Part shown: positions 45,801-57,378 of the stretch, in pieces
How positions within the stretch are numbered: the first letter of the stretch is position 1
Layout of the letters: each line of letters begins with the position of its first letter
From: Caecitellus pseudoparvulus
Lineage: Eukaryota; Protista; Bigyra: Bicosoecida
Assembly: GCA_965644315.1 (NCBI GenBank)
Contig: CBFFRQ010000038.1
Span: 62,001 to 126,000 of the forward strand
Length of the DNA: 64,000 bases
Direction: 5' to 3'
The notes under the pieces: generated by a model
What the model was told of the DNA's origin: nothing
What the model saw: only the letters and a program-made list of their open reading frames with translations
Databases searched by the model: none
Translations under genes and position numbers: made by a program

Positions 45801-48393
45801 GTTCTGCCCCACCCCAGCGGAGCGCCGGCCCTGTCCGCGCGGCTCGTACTGCCCCCAGGGCTCCATTTCCCCGTCCGTCTGCCAGAACGTCTTCGCATCT
45901 TGCTCATGTGCTGGCCCTGATGGCGCTGGCTGCAGCTCCCCCACTGACTTCTCCGGCCTTGCTGCAGTCGTCGTGCTTGCTGCCACGACCCTGGTCTTGG
46001 TGTCTTTGGCAGGGTTCGTGCAGCGTCGGCGACAAGCGGCTGCCGATGCGCAGCGCGCGTCTGCACGAGCCTTGAACGCGCTGCCCAAAGTGCGCCGCCG
46101 CGCCACAACTGCTGCAGGACCACATGCTGCCGACATTGAGTTGTCCCCTCTGCCTGGCAACCCGGGCCCTCGTGGCCACAGCGTGACGCAGAATCCCCTG
46201 CGGGACAGCACGGCCGCGGGCGTCGGAGACGGCAGCAGCGATGGGACCACTTCTGACAGGAGCAGCCCGTTGGCAGAAAGGCTGAGCAGGTCCGGAACTG
46301 TCTTCTCTCCTGTTCTGGACTGGGCTGGTAGCTTGGCGGGCAGCTCGGCAGTGGGGGGCAGCCCACTCCCGCACTCGGCGCCGATGCGCGGCACACGCTC
46401 CAAGCTCGCCCTGCAACGCCGCGCATCCGGCATCGTCATGGATCCCCGCACTTTTGTCGTGGACATCTCATTCCAGAATCTCGGCCTGAGGCTGGGAGGC
46501 CCCAAAGGAAGGCCGCTCCTGGAAGGCGTCACGGGCAGCGTCCTGCACGGACGAGTGTGCGCGGTGATGGGGCCGTCGGGGGCCGGCAAGAGCACCCTGC
46601 TCACCACGCTGGCTGGTAAGGCACACTATGGCCACGTGACAGGGTCCATCTTCATCAACGGGGCGCCAGGCAGCGTCACCTCCCTGGCCGGGCGCGTCGG
46701 CTTCGTGCCGCAGGAGGACACCATGCTGCGGGACCAGACAGTGGAGGAGACCTTGCGATTCGCTGCTATGGCGCGCCTGCCGGCGGCGTGGACTCACGAA
46801 CGCAAGCTGCTGCAGGTGGACAGGGTGCTGCACCTGCTGGAGCTGCAGGACTGCCGGCACTCCCTCATCGGAGACGAGGCGCAGCGCGGCATTTCGGGAG
46901 GACAGCGCAAGCGCGTGAACATTGGCATGGAAATCGTCGGCGAGCCATGTGTCTTGTTCCTGGACGAGCCCACCTCGGGGCTGGACGCCACGTCGTCACT
47001 GCATGTGTGCTCCGCCCTGCGCCGCATAGCCCGCCTCGGCATCACTGTCGTGCTCGTGGTGCACCAGCCCCGCTATGAGATCCTCGCCCAGTGCCACGAT
47101 TTGATCTTGCTGGGCAAGGGTGGGCGCACTGTGTATGCTGGACCCACTCCCCGGGCCTTGCGGTACTTTGAGAGCCTGGGCCTGCGGCCGCCCGCGCACG
47201 CCAACCCTGCCGACTTCATGTTGGACGTGATTGGAGGCCGCCTCCCCCCAGACTTTGCAGCTGAACACCCCACCTGGACGCCCCAAGAGCTTCTGGACGC
47301 GTGGAGTGCGCACGTCGCTGCCGAGGCAGTTGAGGCAGCTGCCTCGACGCAGGGGTCTCTGGCCGCCCTCGTGACTGTGTCTAGCAGCGCACACACGCCA
47401 GGTGCAGCCGGCAAGACCGAAGATAGGCCCATACCTGGTAGCTCCCCACGGTGCCTGCGAGTGCAGGACATCCCACCTCGCATAGCTGCAGGCTTTCCTG
47501 CGTTGCTGGTCTTGACTTTCCAGCGGGCGGTGTCTCAGATCCCGCGGCATTGGGTGGTGGTCATTTCCGACGTCTTGCTGTGCATTCTCGCAGCGGTGTT
47601 CCTGGCTGCCGTGTACAACACCTTGGACCTGTACGCGGCTCCCGTGCCCATCGAGTACTTTGCCGGGTGCCAGGAAGACATCGCACGGTCGTGCCAGCTG
47701 GTGCTGAACCAGGCCCAAGACCAAGTTCTGAACCGCGGCATCATGGTGCTCACAGCAGTGGCCCAAACTGCAGCTGCCTCCATGGTGCGTGTTTTCGGGG
47801 ATGAACGGCAGCAGTACTTCCGCGAGGCCGCAGCTCTACCGCAGCCGGCACACACTCTCGCCTACTTCTGCGCCAAAGACATGGCCATGCTGCCCTCCAT
47901 GGCCCTGGCCCCATTCATGTACACCGTCGTGTTTGTCAGCAGCACCAATCCCCGCATGAGTTTCTGGGGATACTACGGGGTGCTGTTCTTGGTGTACTAT
48001 TTCGCATCGGGCATGGCGTACCTTGTGTCGGTGCTCCTGCCTGCATCCACTGCCCAACTCGCTGGCGTCATCTTGGTTTTTGGCGCTTCGCAGTTCGCAG
48101 GGTGCTTCCCGACACTGCCTGTCCTGGCCGGCGCAGTGCCGCCCATCTCCTGGCTGTCGCACATTTCCTTTGCGCGGTATGCTCTGGAAGCCCTGTACGT
48201 CGGGGAGATCGCGAAGTACGCGCCTGTGGTGGAGCTGCAAGGTGTCGACTTGCAGGCCCACCTCGCGTCTGCCTTCAACTATTCCCTGGACTCCTACTAC
48301 CCCAACGTGCTGATCTTGCTGGGCATGGGTGTGCTCGTCCGCATCTTTGCGGCCGTTGCCATGTGGCGCAAGGACAGTGCACAAAAGGTGTAG
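42837..48393 (+). CDS. ABCG half-transporter with signal peptide and large Cys-rich extracellular N-terminal domain (ADP1 / plant ABCG24-28-like layout)
   Basis: Introns 43031-43101 and 43248-43318. Walker A GPSGAGKS, GFVPQED, ISGGQRKRVNIG, LDEPTSGLD, HQP, NPADF, followed by ABC2 TM domain; one TM at ~45960-46020 precedes the NBD. Confidence 0.93.
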
Positions 48394-49183
48394 GCGGTCC
48401 AGACGGTCAGCGTGCGGCCGACTGGCTTGTGTCGTTCCACTTGCTTTGTGATGTGTCTGTCAATGTAGCTTGCGTGAGGATTGTGAAAATGGTTCCGTGC
48501 CGCCCCTGGCTCCTTGTACGTGTCGAGCGGCTCTCTGGCATTGTGGACGAAAATGAACCCATGTAGTGAAGGGAGGTCAGCCAAGTCATGTGCGACCTTT
48601 CACAGCCACATTGCCACGCTTGGGTTGACAGGTCAAGCTTGAAGAGACAAGGTGCGAGAACTGCACCCGCCACCTGCTGAGCCTTGGTGGGAGTTGAGGG
48701 TGACCCCACTGCAGCGCAGGAACCGCCTTGGGTCGCGAGAAGCGAGACTGGGGAATCTTCCACCTGCCAACGGGACCCAATGCTGTATCCTGGGCAAGTA
48801 GCGCTGCGACCATGCACCAACGTCCATCACACGTTCTGGAGCTACAGCAGGTATGCGGGGTGACTGTATCCCTTCGCCTTGGTCCTTCGGGAACATACGG
48901 TCATGCATTTCCAAGTCAAAAATGCGCGCCTTGGATTCGCGGAAGCGTCGCCCTAACTCACCGCCGAAGCGTGCTAGCACCTGCTCGAGGCCACACAAGT
49001 GGCAATACATCCAGGCACAAAGCAGGCCACACCAGTACCAAGCCCTGGAGAAAATACTGCTGACCGACAAGCACAACGTAGTCGGGCAGATGCGCTGTGC
49101 CTGATTGAATCTGTAAAAGTCCGGGTGAGACCCGAGGCTCCAAGGCGACAGTGCAGCTGGCGTGAGACACACTCGGGCACAGC

Positions 49184-51161
49184 TCAGCCTGTTCCCTCCC
49201 CGCTTGCCATCAAGTCGATGTCTGCTGCCACAGGGATATGATCGCTGCCGGTGAGCCGGTTGGGACAGCCTTCCAGCCCCTCCACCAGCATGATGTCCTG
49301 CAGTGAAACATGCTTCGCCCCAACCACAGCCTTCATACCCATGACCGCTTGAGCACGGATATTCGGTCCAGCTACGAAGATAAAATCCAGAGTTCCCTCG
49401 AAACCAGGGTGCCAGTTCGTCCAGGGCAGGTCTTGGCCCATGACTGAGGTGTACGTGTTGGTCCAGCGCCAGGGACAGCGAAACGGCTGCTCTGACAGGA
49501 GTTGCGTCAGGCTGGGCAGGGTCCAGGCAAAGCGCATGCGCTTCTCTGCGCTTGCCTTGTTGGGGGCACTGGTGCCCTTCTTGTGTTGTGGCTTGGACGG
49601 AAATGCTGGGAGGCGGTGGGAAGGGTGCCCTGAGTGTGCGCATGGCAGCTGGCACGTGCTGCCGTCTCCGCCAAGCGCAGCAGGTGTCGGCGACAACAGC
49701 ATCAGCGCAGCAGAGCGTTTCCCTATCATATGGCGAGGTACAGTGAGCAAGTCTGACTTCTGTAGGCGAGGCGTGCAGTTGAAGTCTCCAGAAAACACGT
49801 GCTGGCAGAGGGGCGTTTGGGGCAAGTCGCTCTCGCTCGAGGTGGGCGCCCACGGCGCTGAGGGGGGCTTCCCGGATCTGGCAAAGACATCCACCTGTCG
49901 CAGCCAGTGCAGGAGGAGAAGCTTTTGCACTGCTTTGATGTCTTCCCACCGGGGGTCCCAGAATGCGTGGAAGTTGGTCACAACGAGAGGGGTCGGAGAG
50001 CCCGCCCGGCGCAGAACAGTGACCAGCGCCACTTGGCCTAGCATGACCATCTTGCCCAATTGCTTCGGCACGCTGGAGATGAGCTTCACAATGGCTCCCT
50101 GTTCGCTTGTCTTCTGCCCGTGCAGCTTCTCAAGGGCGGCTGCCTCTGGCCCCCAGACGAGATCAGGGAACGCAGCCGGAATGTGCGCCGCCACGCCAGG
50201 CGGCAGCAGCAGGTGAGGGAACGCGGTGCTCAAGGCACCCAGTTGCTCTGTGGCCACAGAGCTTGCAGCGCGTGCATCGACCGCTGCACTTCCCTCCCCA
50301 GCGGCTGTGGCGGCCGCGGCAACTGGCGTGGCTTCACTGGGTGGCTGTTCCATAGCGGCGGCATCTGAAGCGTCCCCAAATGCGCTAGGGAGGATGGCGG
50401 CACCAGAAGAGACTGTAATGCTGCCGCCCTGCGCGCTGTTTACGGTCATGCAGATTTCCTGCGCGGGGTGCTGGTTGAACACCTTCGAGGGAGGAGGGGA
50501 CTGGCCTGGCGCGTAGAGCCCGTGGGCGAACTGCGCTTTCAGGCCCTTGAGCAGGTGCTGCATGCCCACAGGGATGATGCACTGGGCTGTGAAGTGGGCA
50601 GCTTTGAAGAATGTCGCCTGGCCCACGGCAATGCCTCGCAACATCGGGGCAAAATGCCCCTCGTAGCCCGCCGCCACCAGACCAGGCGCCAGGTGCTCCG
50701 TGAACACACTGTGCTGCACCTCCTGCATCGTGACGACATCTGGATCACACTTGGTGACCTCCTTCACGATCAACGCCGCCCGAAAGGCGGGGTCCAAGTG
50801 TCTGCAGACAAGCGGGTCAGTGGTGCGGCACGCAGCCAAGCCAGCGTTCAGCAGTTGGCGTGGTGAGGCGTCGAAACCGTGAACCACAGCCCCCTGCCGC
50901 AGCGCACGCACTCGTCCTTGCAGTATGCAAACTTCTCGTGGACAAAGTCAGGGGCAAGGATGTTGTAGCTCATGCACCGCACCTGGAACGGGAGCGCGGT
51001 GTGCGGGAAGGGATGGCTCAAGCTCTTCTGCGGAGTTTCGGACCACCACCCCTCACCGTGCCTTCGGGCCTCTTTGCCACAGAACTGGGAGACTCCACTG
51101 CATCTGCGTCCTGGAACACCCGATCAAGGGCTTCTCCCGTGGGGAGGAGGCTCTCTGCCAT
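49184..51161 (-). CDS. CCR4/nocturnin/Angel/PDE12-type endonuclease-exonuclease-phosphatase (5' end may extend further upstream)
   Basis: Introns 51056-50983 and 50911-50802. MSYNILA, DVVTMQEV, NFHAFWDP, GDFN, WTN..FEGTLDFIF, GSDHIPV. Confidence 0.87.
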
Positions 51162-52005
51162 CAAGTCAATCTGCGACCCCGTCAGCCGATTTGGCCCAGC
51201 AACAAGCCTGGCGTTGATCTCACCCTACCTGTGCTGTGAATGCAGTAGAGAGAACAATCAAGCCGTGTCGCCGTGCAAGGTGTGGGTGAAGTGTAAGAGT
51301 GAACAGATTTGTCCGCCCACCGCAGATGCTCGGCCTTGGTGGAGCGCGCTGGGGTTCGGGGTCCTTGGGAGGAGGGAACACCGTGCACCAGCTGCAGCAG
51401 TCGACAGCGCGTCGCCCAGTCGTCCAGAGCTTGAGCCACAGAGTCACAGTGTCGGGATGCTTCGAGCATGCCCACAGGCTAAGTGCCCCACGAAGACAGC
51501 GTGCTTTCTCGCTGCAGCACGGCTCCGACGGGAAGCTAAGTCGCGCTGAACTGGACTAAAGTCCAGCGCTCCGCCCCGCAGCATAGTGGTGTGGGGGAGT
51601 CGAAAGTGGCCACACAGCATCGACTCTCCACCTTCCCAGGCAGAACAGAGCAATATTCCAGAGAGGATGCAGCTTTTTTGTACCCTCTTTCTTTATCTTT
51701 CTGTCGTCCTTGCTCACCAGTTTGGCTGGATGCCACCCCAGTCTACGTCACCACGGAGCAACGCTCCTGAAACGCTTCGCTACCACAGCAAAAGGCCCAT
51801 GAGTCTCACAAACCCCCCGGTCAAACCACAATCAAGTTCCCGCTTTCATACTCGAAGTTCAATTTCCATTTCAACCATTGCACTGGGCTCTCGTCTTTGT
51901 GTAGCGGTGAAGCACTGCAGGCTTACCCGTCTCCTGCGCAACACCCCCCCCCTGCGTTGCAACGCAGCCACCCTTGCGCCTAAAACCAGAAGCGCCCTGC
52001 CAACC

Positions 52006-53538
52006 ATGGGGAACTTATGCTGCTTCCAGCAGGACTTTATTCAACGCTGTGCGCGAGAATGCAACGACGCACTTGGCTTTCGGGACAGGAACGACAAGAA
52101 GCTGGTACGCAAAGCTGCGTTTCAAATCACGTCGCGCGATCTCTTACAGGCACTGCCACATGCGTTGCTGCGCTTGCAGGCAGACACTCCGAATGCCCGT
52201 GCACATTGCTGGCAGCAGCTGAATGGCTCTTTCTTGGTTCTTGCCTCTCTGCTAGTTGTGACTGGATGGGCGTGCAAGGCGGTGTCTCTTGTGGTAGCCG
52301 ACACCACCATGAACGTAACTGATTCCGATGATACTCTGGAGGTTTTTGCAGCGCTCGGTGACTTGGTCGCTTGGATACTTCTCATCACCTCCAGCAAGGC
52401 CTTCTCTGCCACAGTATCTGTTTGGAAGCAGGGAAAAATTCGCGGCACCGGACGAAGAGAAAGAGTAGTACCCAGACAAGGAAAACGCGACCACAATGGC
52501 GAACTTATGTTGAATGAAGAATCGACGGGAATGAAGATTTTGTCGCTCGCGGAGCTGCCCCCGGCGTTGGACATCAACGGGATTGCGGGCCAATGCCTCT
52601 GGCGCCCCCGCGTATCCCCATCTGCGAGCCCACGAGATAATGTCGACCCCTGCGCCTATCCACCCCAAAAAGTTGTTGTAGTGTTGCCGGGAACCGATCT
52701 GGAGGAGCATGTCCAGCCAAGTTTACGGCGCCGGCACGCGAATCTTGAACAAAAATGGGAGAGGTGGGCCGAGGACAGCGTAATGTGGTGCTGTGGGGGG
52801 TGCCCTCTGTCCTGTTGCCTGAGACTTGTATGCTGCATGGGGAGTTCAGTGCCCTTTGAATTCCAAGAAAAAGACTTCGCAAGTATGTCACGTGCAGAGA
52901 AGGCATGGTGGCAGAACTTACGAGTGGCAATGCTTGAAGCCCATGAGCGGTTGCTGCGAGCTCAGACTTTGCTATCAGCATTCGTACGCCTCGTACTGGT
53001 CAGTGCTTTGTTGGTCTTTTTTATGGGTGTGTACAGTCTCTATGCCTCACGCTTCGAAGGGGAATACCCAGCTCTGGCATTCGTTGCGAAGGTGCTTCAG
53101 CTGTCTCTGACGTTCCTGAAAGTCCTCGCAAGTAACCCATCACGTCTCGCCAATTGTTGCTACTGGTGCTCCCAGTGCTGTTGTTGTTGCTGCGGCACAA
53201 AATCGTTTGGGTGCAAATGCTGCATTTGCTCCTGCCAGCGATGCGGCACGCGTATCGATACAACTCAGCCTGTTCAGAGGGGCCCAACCGCCGCTACCGG
53301 GCAAGAGCCCGCAAGCTCAGGCCACGCTGGTTCAGACGTCCGCAAAAGACCTGGTGTGCAGGTGAATCCCACGCTCGACGGTGTTTCAGGTGCTGCCAGA
53401 AGCCGCGGGGACCGCAAAGGGAGCCGTGTCCATCCTAGTAAACGCACCCCGGCCCACTCACCACAAGGACAGCCACGAGTGGAAACGCCTGCCAAGCCCA
53501 CGCAATCACGAGAATGGAACCCCTGCCTTGGTCATTGA
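52006..53538 (+). CDS. Hypothetical ~4-TM membrane protein with MGNLCC acylation motif and Cys strings
   Basis: ATG 52006 in caaccATGG context; four hydrophobic segments; CCYWCSQCCCCCCG..CKCCICSC. Confidence 0.7.
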   Translation: MGNLCCFQQDFIQRCARECNDALGFRDRNDKKLVRKAAFQITSRDLLQALPHALLRLQADTPNARAHCWQQLNGSFLVLASLLVVTGWACKAVSLVVADTTMNVTDSDDTLEVFAALGDLVAWILLITSSKAFSATVSVWKQGKIRGTGRRERVVPRQGKRDHNGELMLNEESTGMKILSLAELPPALDINGIAGQCLWRPRVSPSASPRDNVDPCAYPPQKVVVVLPGTDLEEHVQPSLRRRHANLEQKWERWAEDSVMWCCGGCPLSCCLRLVCCMGSSVPFEFQEKDFASMSRAEKAWWQNLRVAMLEAHERLLRAQTLLSAFVRLVLVSALLVFFMGVYSLYASRFEGEYPALAFVAKVLQLSLTFLKVLASNPSRLANCCYWCSQCCCCCCGTKSFGCKCCICSCQRCGTRIDTTQPVQRGPTAATGQEPASSGHAGSDVRKRPGVQVNPTLDGVSGAARSRGDRKGSRVHPSKRTPAHSPQGQPRVETPAKPTQSREWNPCLGH

Positions 53539-54911
53539 ATTTCGCAGCCCCGACCCCCTTGCCCCCTTGCACCGCTCCACGGGCCAGCCAGCATGCTTGC
53601 CTGCTTCTCGCTGACTGGCGCAGGTTCCCAATGCACGTCAACCATGAGGAGCGCACAGTCTGTGCAGATTACCATGAGGCGGGCATACACCTCTTGAAAG
53701 TCGGGGGCACCAGGGGCAAGTGCGTCGTCGCCCTCCATTCTCACTAGTTCGTCCCAGCCCGCGACCACACCTTCAGCAGGTGGCTTGAGATACAGCAGCG
53801 TGGAACGGTTTACGACTTTCTTCAAGTCAAACGGCACGCCTCTCAGCCACTGGATTACCCCAGGCTGGCTCATCACGCGCGTGAACATGCCGTCATGGTC
53901 CAGAGCAGCGCTGTGTGTGAGAGATAAAGGCAGGTGGACAAGCTGGGATGAGCAGGTCAAAAAGTCCCCGCTGCGCTGTTCCCACAGCAGGTGCAGCAGC
54001 ACTCGCGACGGCCGGAGCTCGTACTTGCTCGGCTGGTGCACGACCCACTTCAATGGCAGACGCGGCAGCAGCAAGAATGATCGCAGAGCAAGAACCTCAG
54101 CGAGGTGGTCAACCTTCAGACCCTCGTTCGCCGCGTTCATGAGGATGTCAAAGCACACCATCTCCGACTTGTCCGAGTGCTTCACCACATCATCTGCGAT
54201 GCACTCTACCGCACCTTGCCTCCAAAGTGGCTGGGGCAGTGGCGCAACGCGGGCGAAATCCAAGCCAATCACCCAGTGCAGGATCGCTCCCGCGTGGTCT
54301 TCCGCCAGCTGAACTCCACCCCATGTGCTGTTGGGGCACTCGTCGGACAGGCACTCGCCGGCCCGTGTCATGATTTCGTTCAGTAGGTCCAGCACGACCT
54401 TCTGCAAGTTCTCGAGCGCTGCGCATTCCTCGGCGCTTCCACGCACGCCGTAAGCAGAGACCAAGTCATTGATGCCCTCCGCCAGCTGCAGAAATGAATG
54501 GCAGCAGGCCAAGGCCAGCTGCACGTGCGTCACCGCTGGGTGGCAGTGCGGGACAAGGAGACTCGCTTTGGCACGTCCTGGGGTGTTTACAAGCCTGGCT
54601 TGCAAGGCCGCTGCTGCGCCTTGTTCCGGGAGAACGACAGACGCGCTCCCCGTGCTTGGGGGGAAACGCGGTGCGTCCAGCACACACATTGTTTCAGGAA
54701 GCGCGTGCAGAATGTCGCGGCGCACACGCTCCGGCAGCTCCTTGAATCGGATTTCGCCGAGAATGCTCCCAATCTCATCGCCCCAGCTGCACGGGACGAA
54801 CACGGGCGCCTGAACGCTTTCCAGGACAATGTCTTCCGACGATGTCGAAGAATCCATGTACTCCTGGAGGAGGGAAAGTGATTCCCCCTCATCTGAGGCC
54901 TCGGCGGCCAT
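53532..54911 (-). CDS. Hypothetical helical protein (~460 aa)
   Basis: Long ORF from MAAEASDEGE with globular composition; no family recognised. Confidence 0.65.
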   Translation of the reverse strand: MAAEASDEGESLSLLQEYMDSSTSSEDIVLESVQAPVFVPCSWGDEIGSILGEIRFKELPERVRRDILHALPETMCVLDAPRFPPSTGSASVVLPEQGAAAALQARLVNTPGRAKASLLVPHCHPAVTHVQLALACCHSFLQLAEGINDLVSAYGVRGSAEECAALENLQKVVLDLLNEIMTRAGECLSDECPNSTWGGVQLAEDHAGAILHWVIGLDFARVAPLPQPLWRQGAVECIADDVVKHSDKSEMVCFDILMNAANEGLKVDHLAEVLALRSFLLLPRLPLKWVVHQPSKYELRPSRVLLHLLWEQRSGDFLTCSSQLVHLPLSLTHSAALDHDGMFTRVMSQPGVIQWLRGVPFDLKKVVNRSTLLYLKPPAEGVVAGWDELVRMEGDDALAPGAPDFQEVYARLMVICTDCALLMVDVHWEPAPVSEKQASMLAGPWSGARGQGGRGCEIQ

Positions 54912-55343
54912 TGCAGAGGCTGCGTTGCCAGCCCAAATTCCGCAACAGCTCCCGAAACGCGAGGCTAGCACAGTGCCTGGGCTGGACAGGCCGCCCTGAC
55001 CACTCTGCAGTGCATCGTTTGGCGAGTGTGGTATGAGGCTTATGTTTGGTATTTGAGCAGAAGTGGCTTTTGCGCGCGGCAGCATTGGCCGGAAAACACC
55101 AGGTGGCTGGCAGTGACGCGATGGAAAGACCCACACGCGCCCTAGCAAGCACTGAGCGAGGGCGCTCAGATATACTCAAAGGAGGAGCTGTGGTGCAGTT
55201 TTTCCGTTCCCGTGTGGTGGGAGGGCGGCTGTGGAGAGTCTCGGCCACGCACATGTGCGCAGGTTGACCGCTGTAAGAGTGCAAGAGACATCTCCGCAGC
55301 GGGAGCTGCAGGGACTGAATTCGTGTGCTTTGACCAGTTGGGG

Positions 55344-57007
55344 TCACTCCGCCGTCCCCCACAGCCTGACTTGATCATCCCCTGAAAAGGTCGCCAGCAA
55401 GTTGGTGGTGGGGTGATGCGCGAGGCCCAGTGGCTGCCCTTTGGCCACCGTCACCCTGCCCTCCTCCTCCCCAGTGGCCGAGTCCAGCACCACCACCTGC
55501 TTGGCGTCAGTGAGGGCGTATATGAACTGGCCGCGCGGGGACGCGGCCGCTGCCACCACAACGCCAGCCGTCGCCCCCTCGCCGCCGCCCCGCATCGCTC
55601 TGTACGTCTGCTGCAGGGAGCCGTCCACGCCCATGACATGGACGTCCCGGGACCGGCTGGCGACAAGGAGCCTGTCAGGCGCGCCAGGCATCGGCGCCAC
55701 AGTCAGCACCGGTGCATCTTCTGTGGCGCTCTCCTGGGGCGGTTTGAAGCTGCGCAGCTGGGCGGCCGATTTGGCGTCCCACACACACACACTGCCGTCT
55801 GCGGAGGCGGTGACCACCTGCCGCTCCTCAGCGTGGAAGAAGGCCGCGTTCACGAAGGAGGTGTGCCCTCGGAACTCCCGCAGGGTGGCGCCAGACCTCA
55901 GCCCATGGATGCGGGCGGTGCCGTCCGTACCGCTGGACAGCAGGTGTGAGCAGTCAGCCGAAAAGGCCAGGGAGGTGACGGCCCCCTCCTGGGCGGAGGG
56001 GAAGGTGCGCAGGCAGGTGCCGGTGTCCACTGCCCACACCTTGACCTCGCCGGCGGTGGTGCCACTGGCCATCACCTCCCCATCACGGCTGACCGCCACG
56101 GCCATCACCCCCGCCGTGTGCATGAGCATGGCGGGCGCATCGCCCTCCCCTGCCACCTGGTACGGCAGGCGGGTGTCCAGCTTGCGCGTCAGGGCGTCCC
56201 ACACCTCCACGAAGCCCTCGTTGTTCCCCGTCACCAGGCGGCTGCCGTCTGGCGTGAAGGTAACAGCCAGGGCATGGGCGCCGCCGAGGCGCAGCTTGCC
56301 AGCAGATGCCACAGCAGGCTTGTCCACCAGCTGGCGCAGGCGTGGCGCGACACCTCGAAAGACGTCGAAGCGGCCACCAGGCGGCAGCACCCCCACGTGC
56401 TGCTGCCACTTCAGTGCTTGCCCCACCAGGCTGAGCAGCTGGGAAGGCGGCGCGGTTGACACGTCCAGCGCCAGGGAGTCCGCGATCCGCGATCGTTCAG
56501 CAGCCTGTGTCGTGGAAGCGAACACCTCTGATGGGTCTGCCTCCCCCACACTCAGCAGAGACTCCAGCGCCTGGTACCGCTTGGGCTGCTGCTGCTTCAT
56601 GAGCTTGCCAGCCAGAGTGGAGCGCAGGGTGGCCTTGGCTGCCTCGAACTCCCGAGACACGAGCAACTCCTTCGTGATGTGGGCGTACACGTCGATGAGC
56701 TTACTTGTGGACAGCTTCAACATGCCCAGCTGTGCCGGGTGCGCGATGGCTGGGGCGTGTCAGGCTGTGCAGTATGGGTGTGCGCTCGCAATTTCCGCAC
56801 CTGCTCCAGCACCCGATCCCACCGCCCCGTCTGAATGTCCTGCTTGAACACGTCGACCGAGAGCACAGTGTTGAGTGAAACCCCCGTCTCCTGCTGCAGG
56901 GCCTGCATGGAGCTCTGCAGGTTGCTCTCCTGCAGGAACTGAAGCACCAGGCGCACGACATCAGCGGCGTCCACCTCCACCTTGCTGCCTCCCGCAGCGG
57001 CGGCCAT
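55344..57007 (-). CDS. SMU1: WD40-repeat spliceosomal protein SMU1
   Basis: Intron 56800-56730. LisH/CTLH EVDAADVVRLVLQFLQESNL..ETGVSLNTV..GRWD, PPSQLLSLVGQALKWQQHVG, IHGLRSG..LREFRGHTSFVN, HHPTTNLLATF. Confidence 0.95.
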
Positions 57008-57378
57008 GGCGCAGTGGGCAGGCAGGCCCAATGCACGAGCTTGGGAAAGGGGGTGTGTGTTGTGGAAGCGCATTCCCAGGCTCCACGCCGCCTGGCCTGC
57101 TGTGTCCCTGGGGAGAATTGTACACGGACAGCGTGTGTGTTTCTCGAGCTGCGTGCCGCATGCACGCACGCAGAGCGAGCGCCTGCCCACACTTTTCATT
57201 CCCTGGCGACTCATATGTGCCAGTTTCCTCGCCTGTGCAGCTCCTGCCTGTGTGCCCACACGCAGCGAAGCAGCAAGAGCGCCTGCCGGTCGGCAGCGCC
57301 AGTGACGCCAGAAAGCCTCCCGGCACATCAGCCAGGAGCGCGAGAGCAGCCCCGACACAGGAAGCAGACAGCCACACG

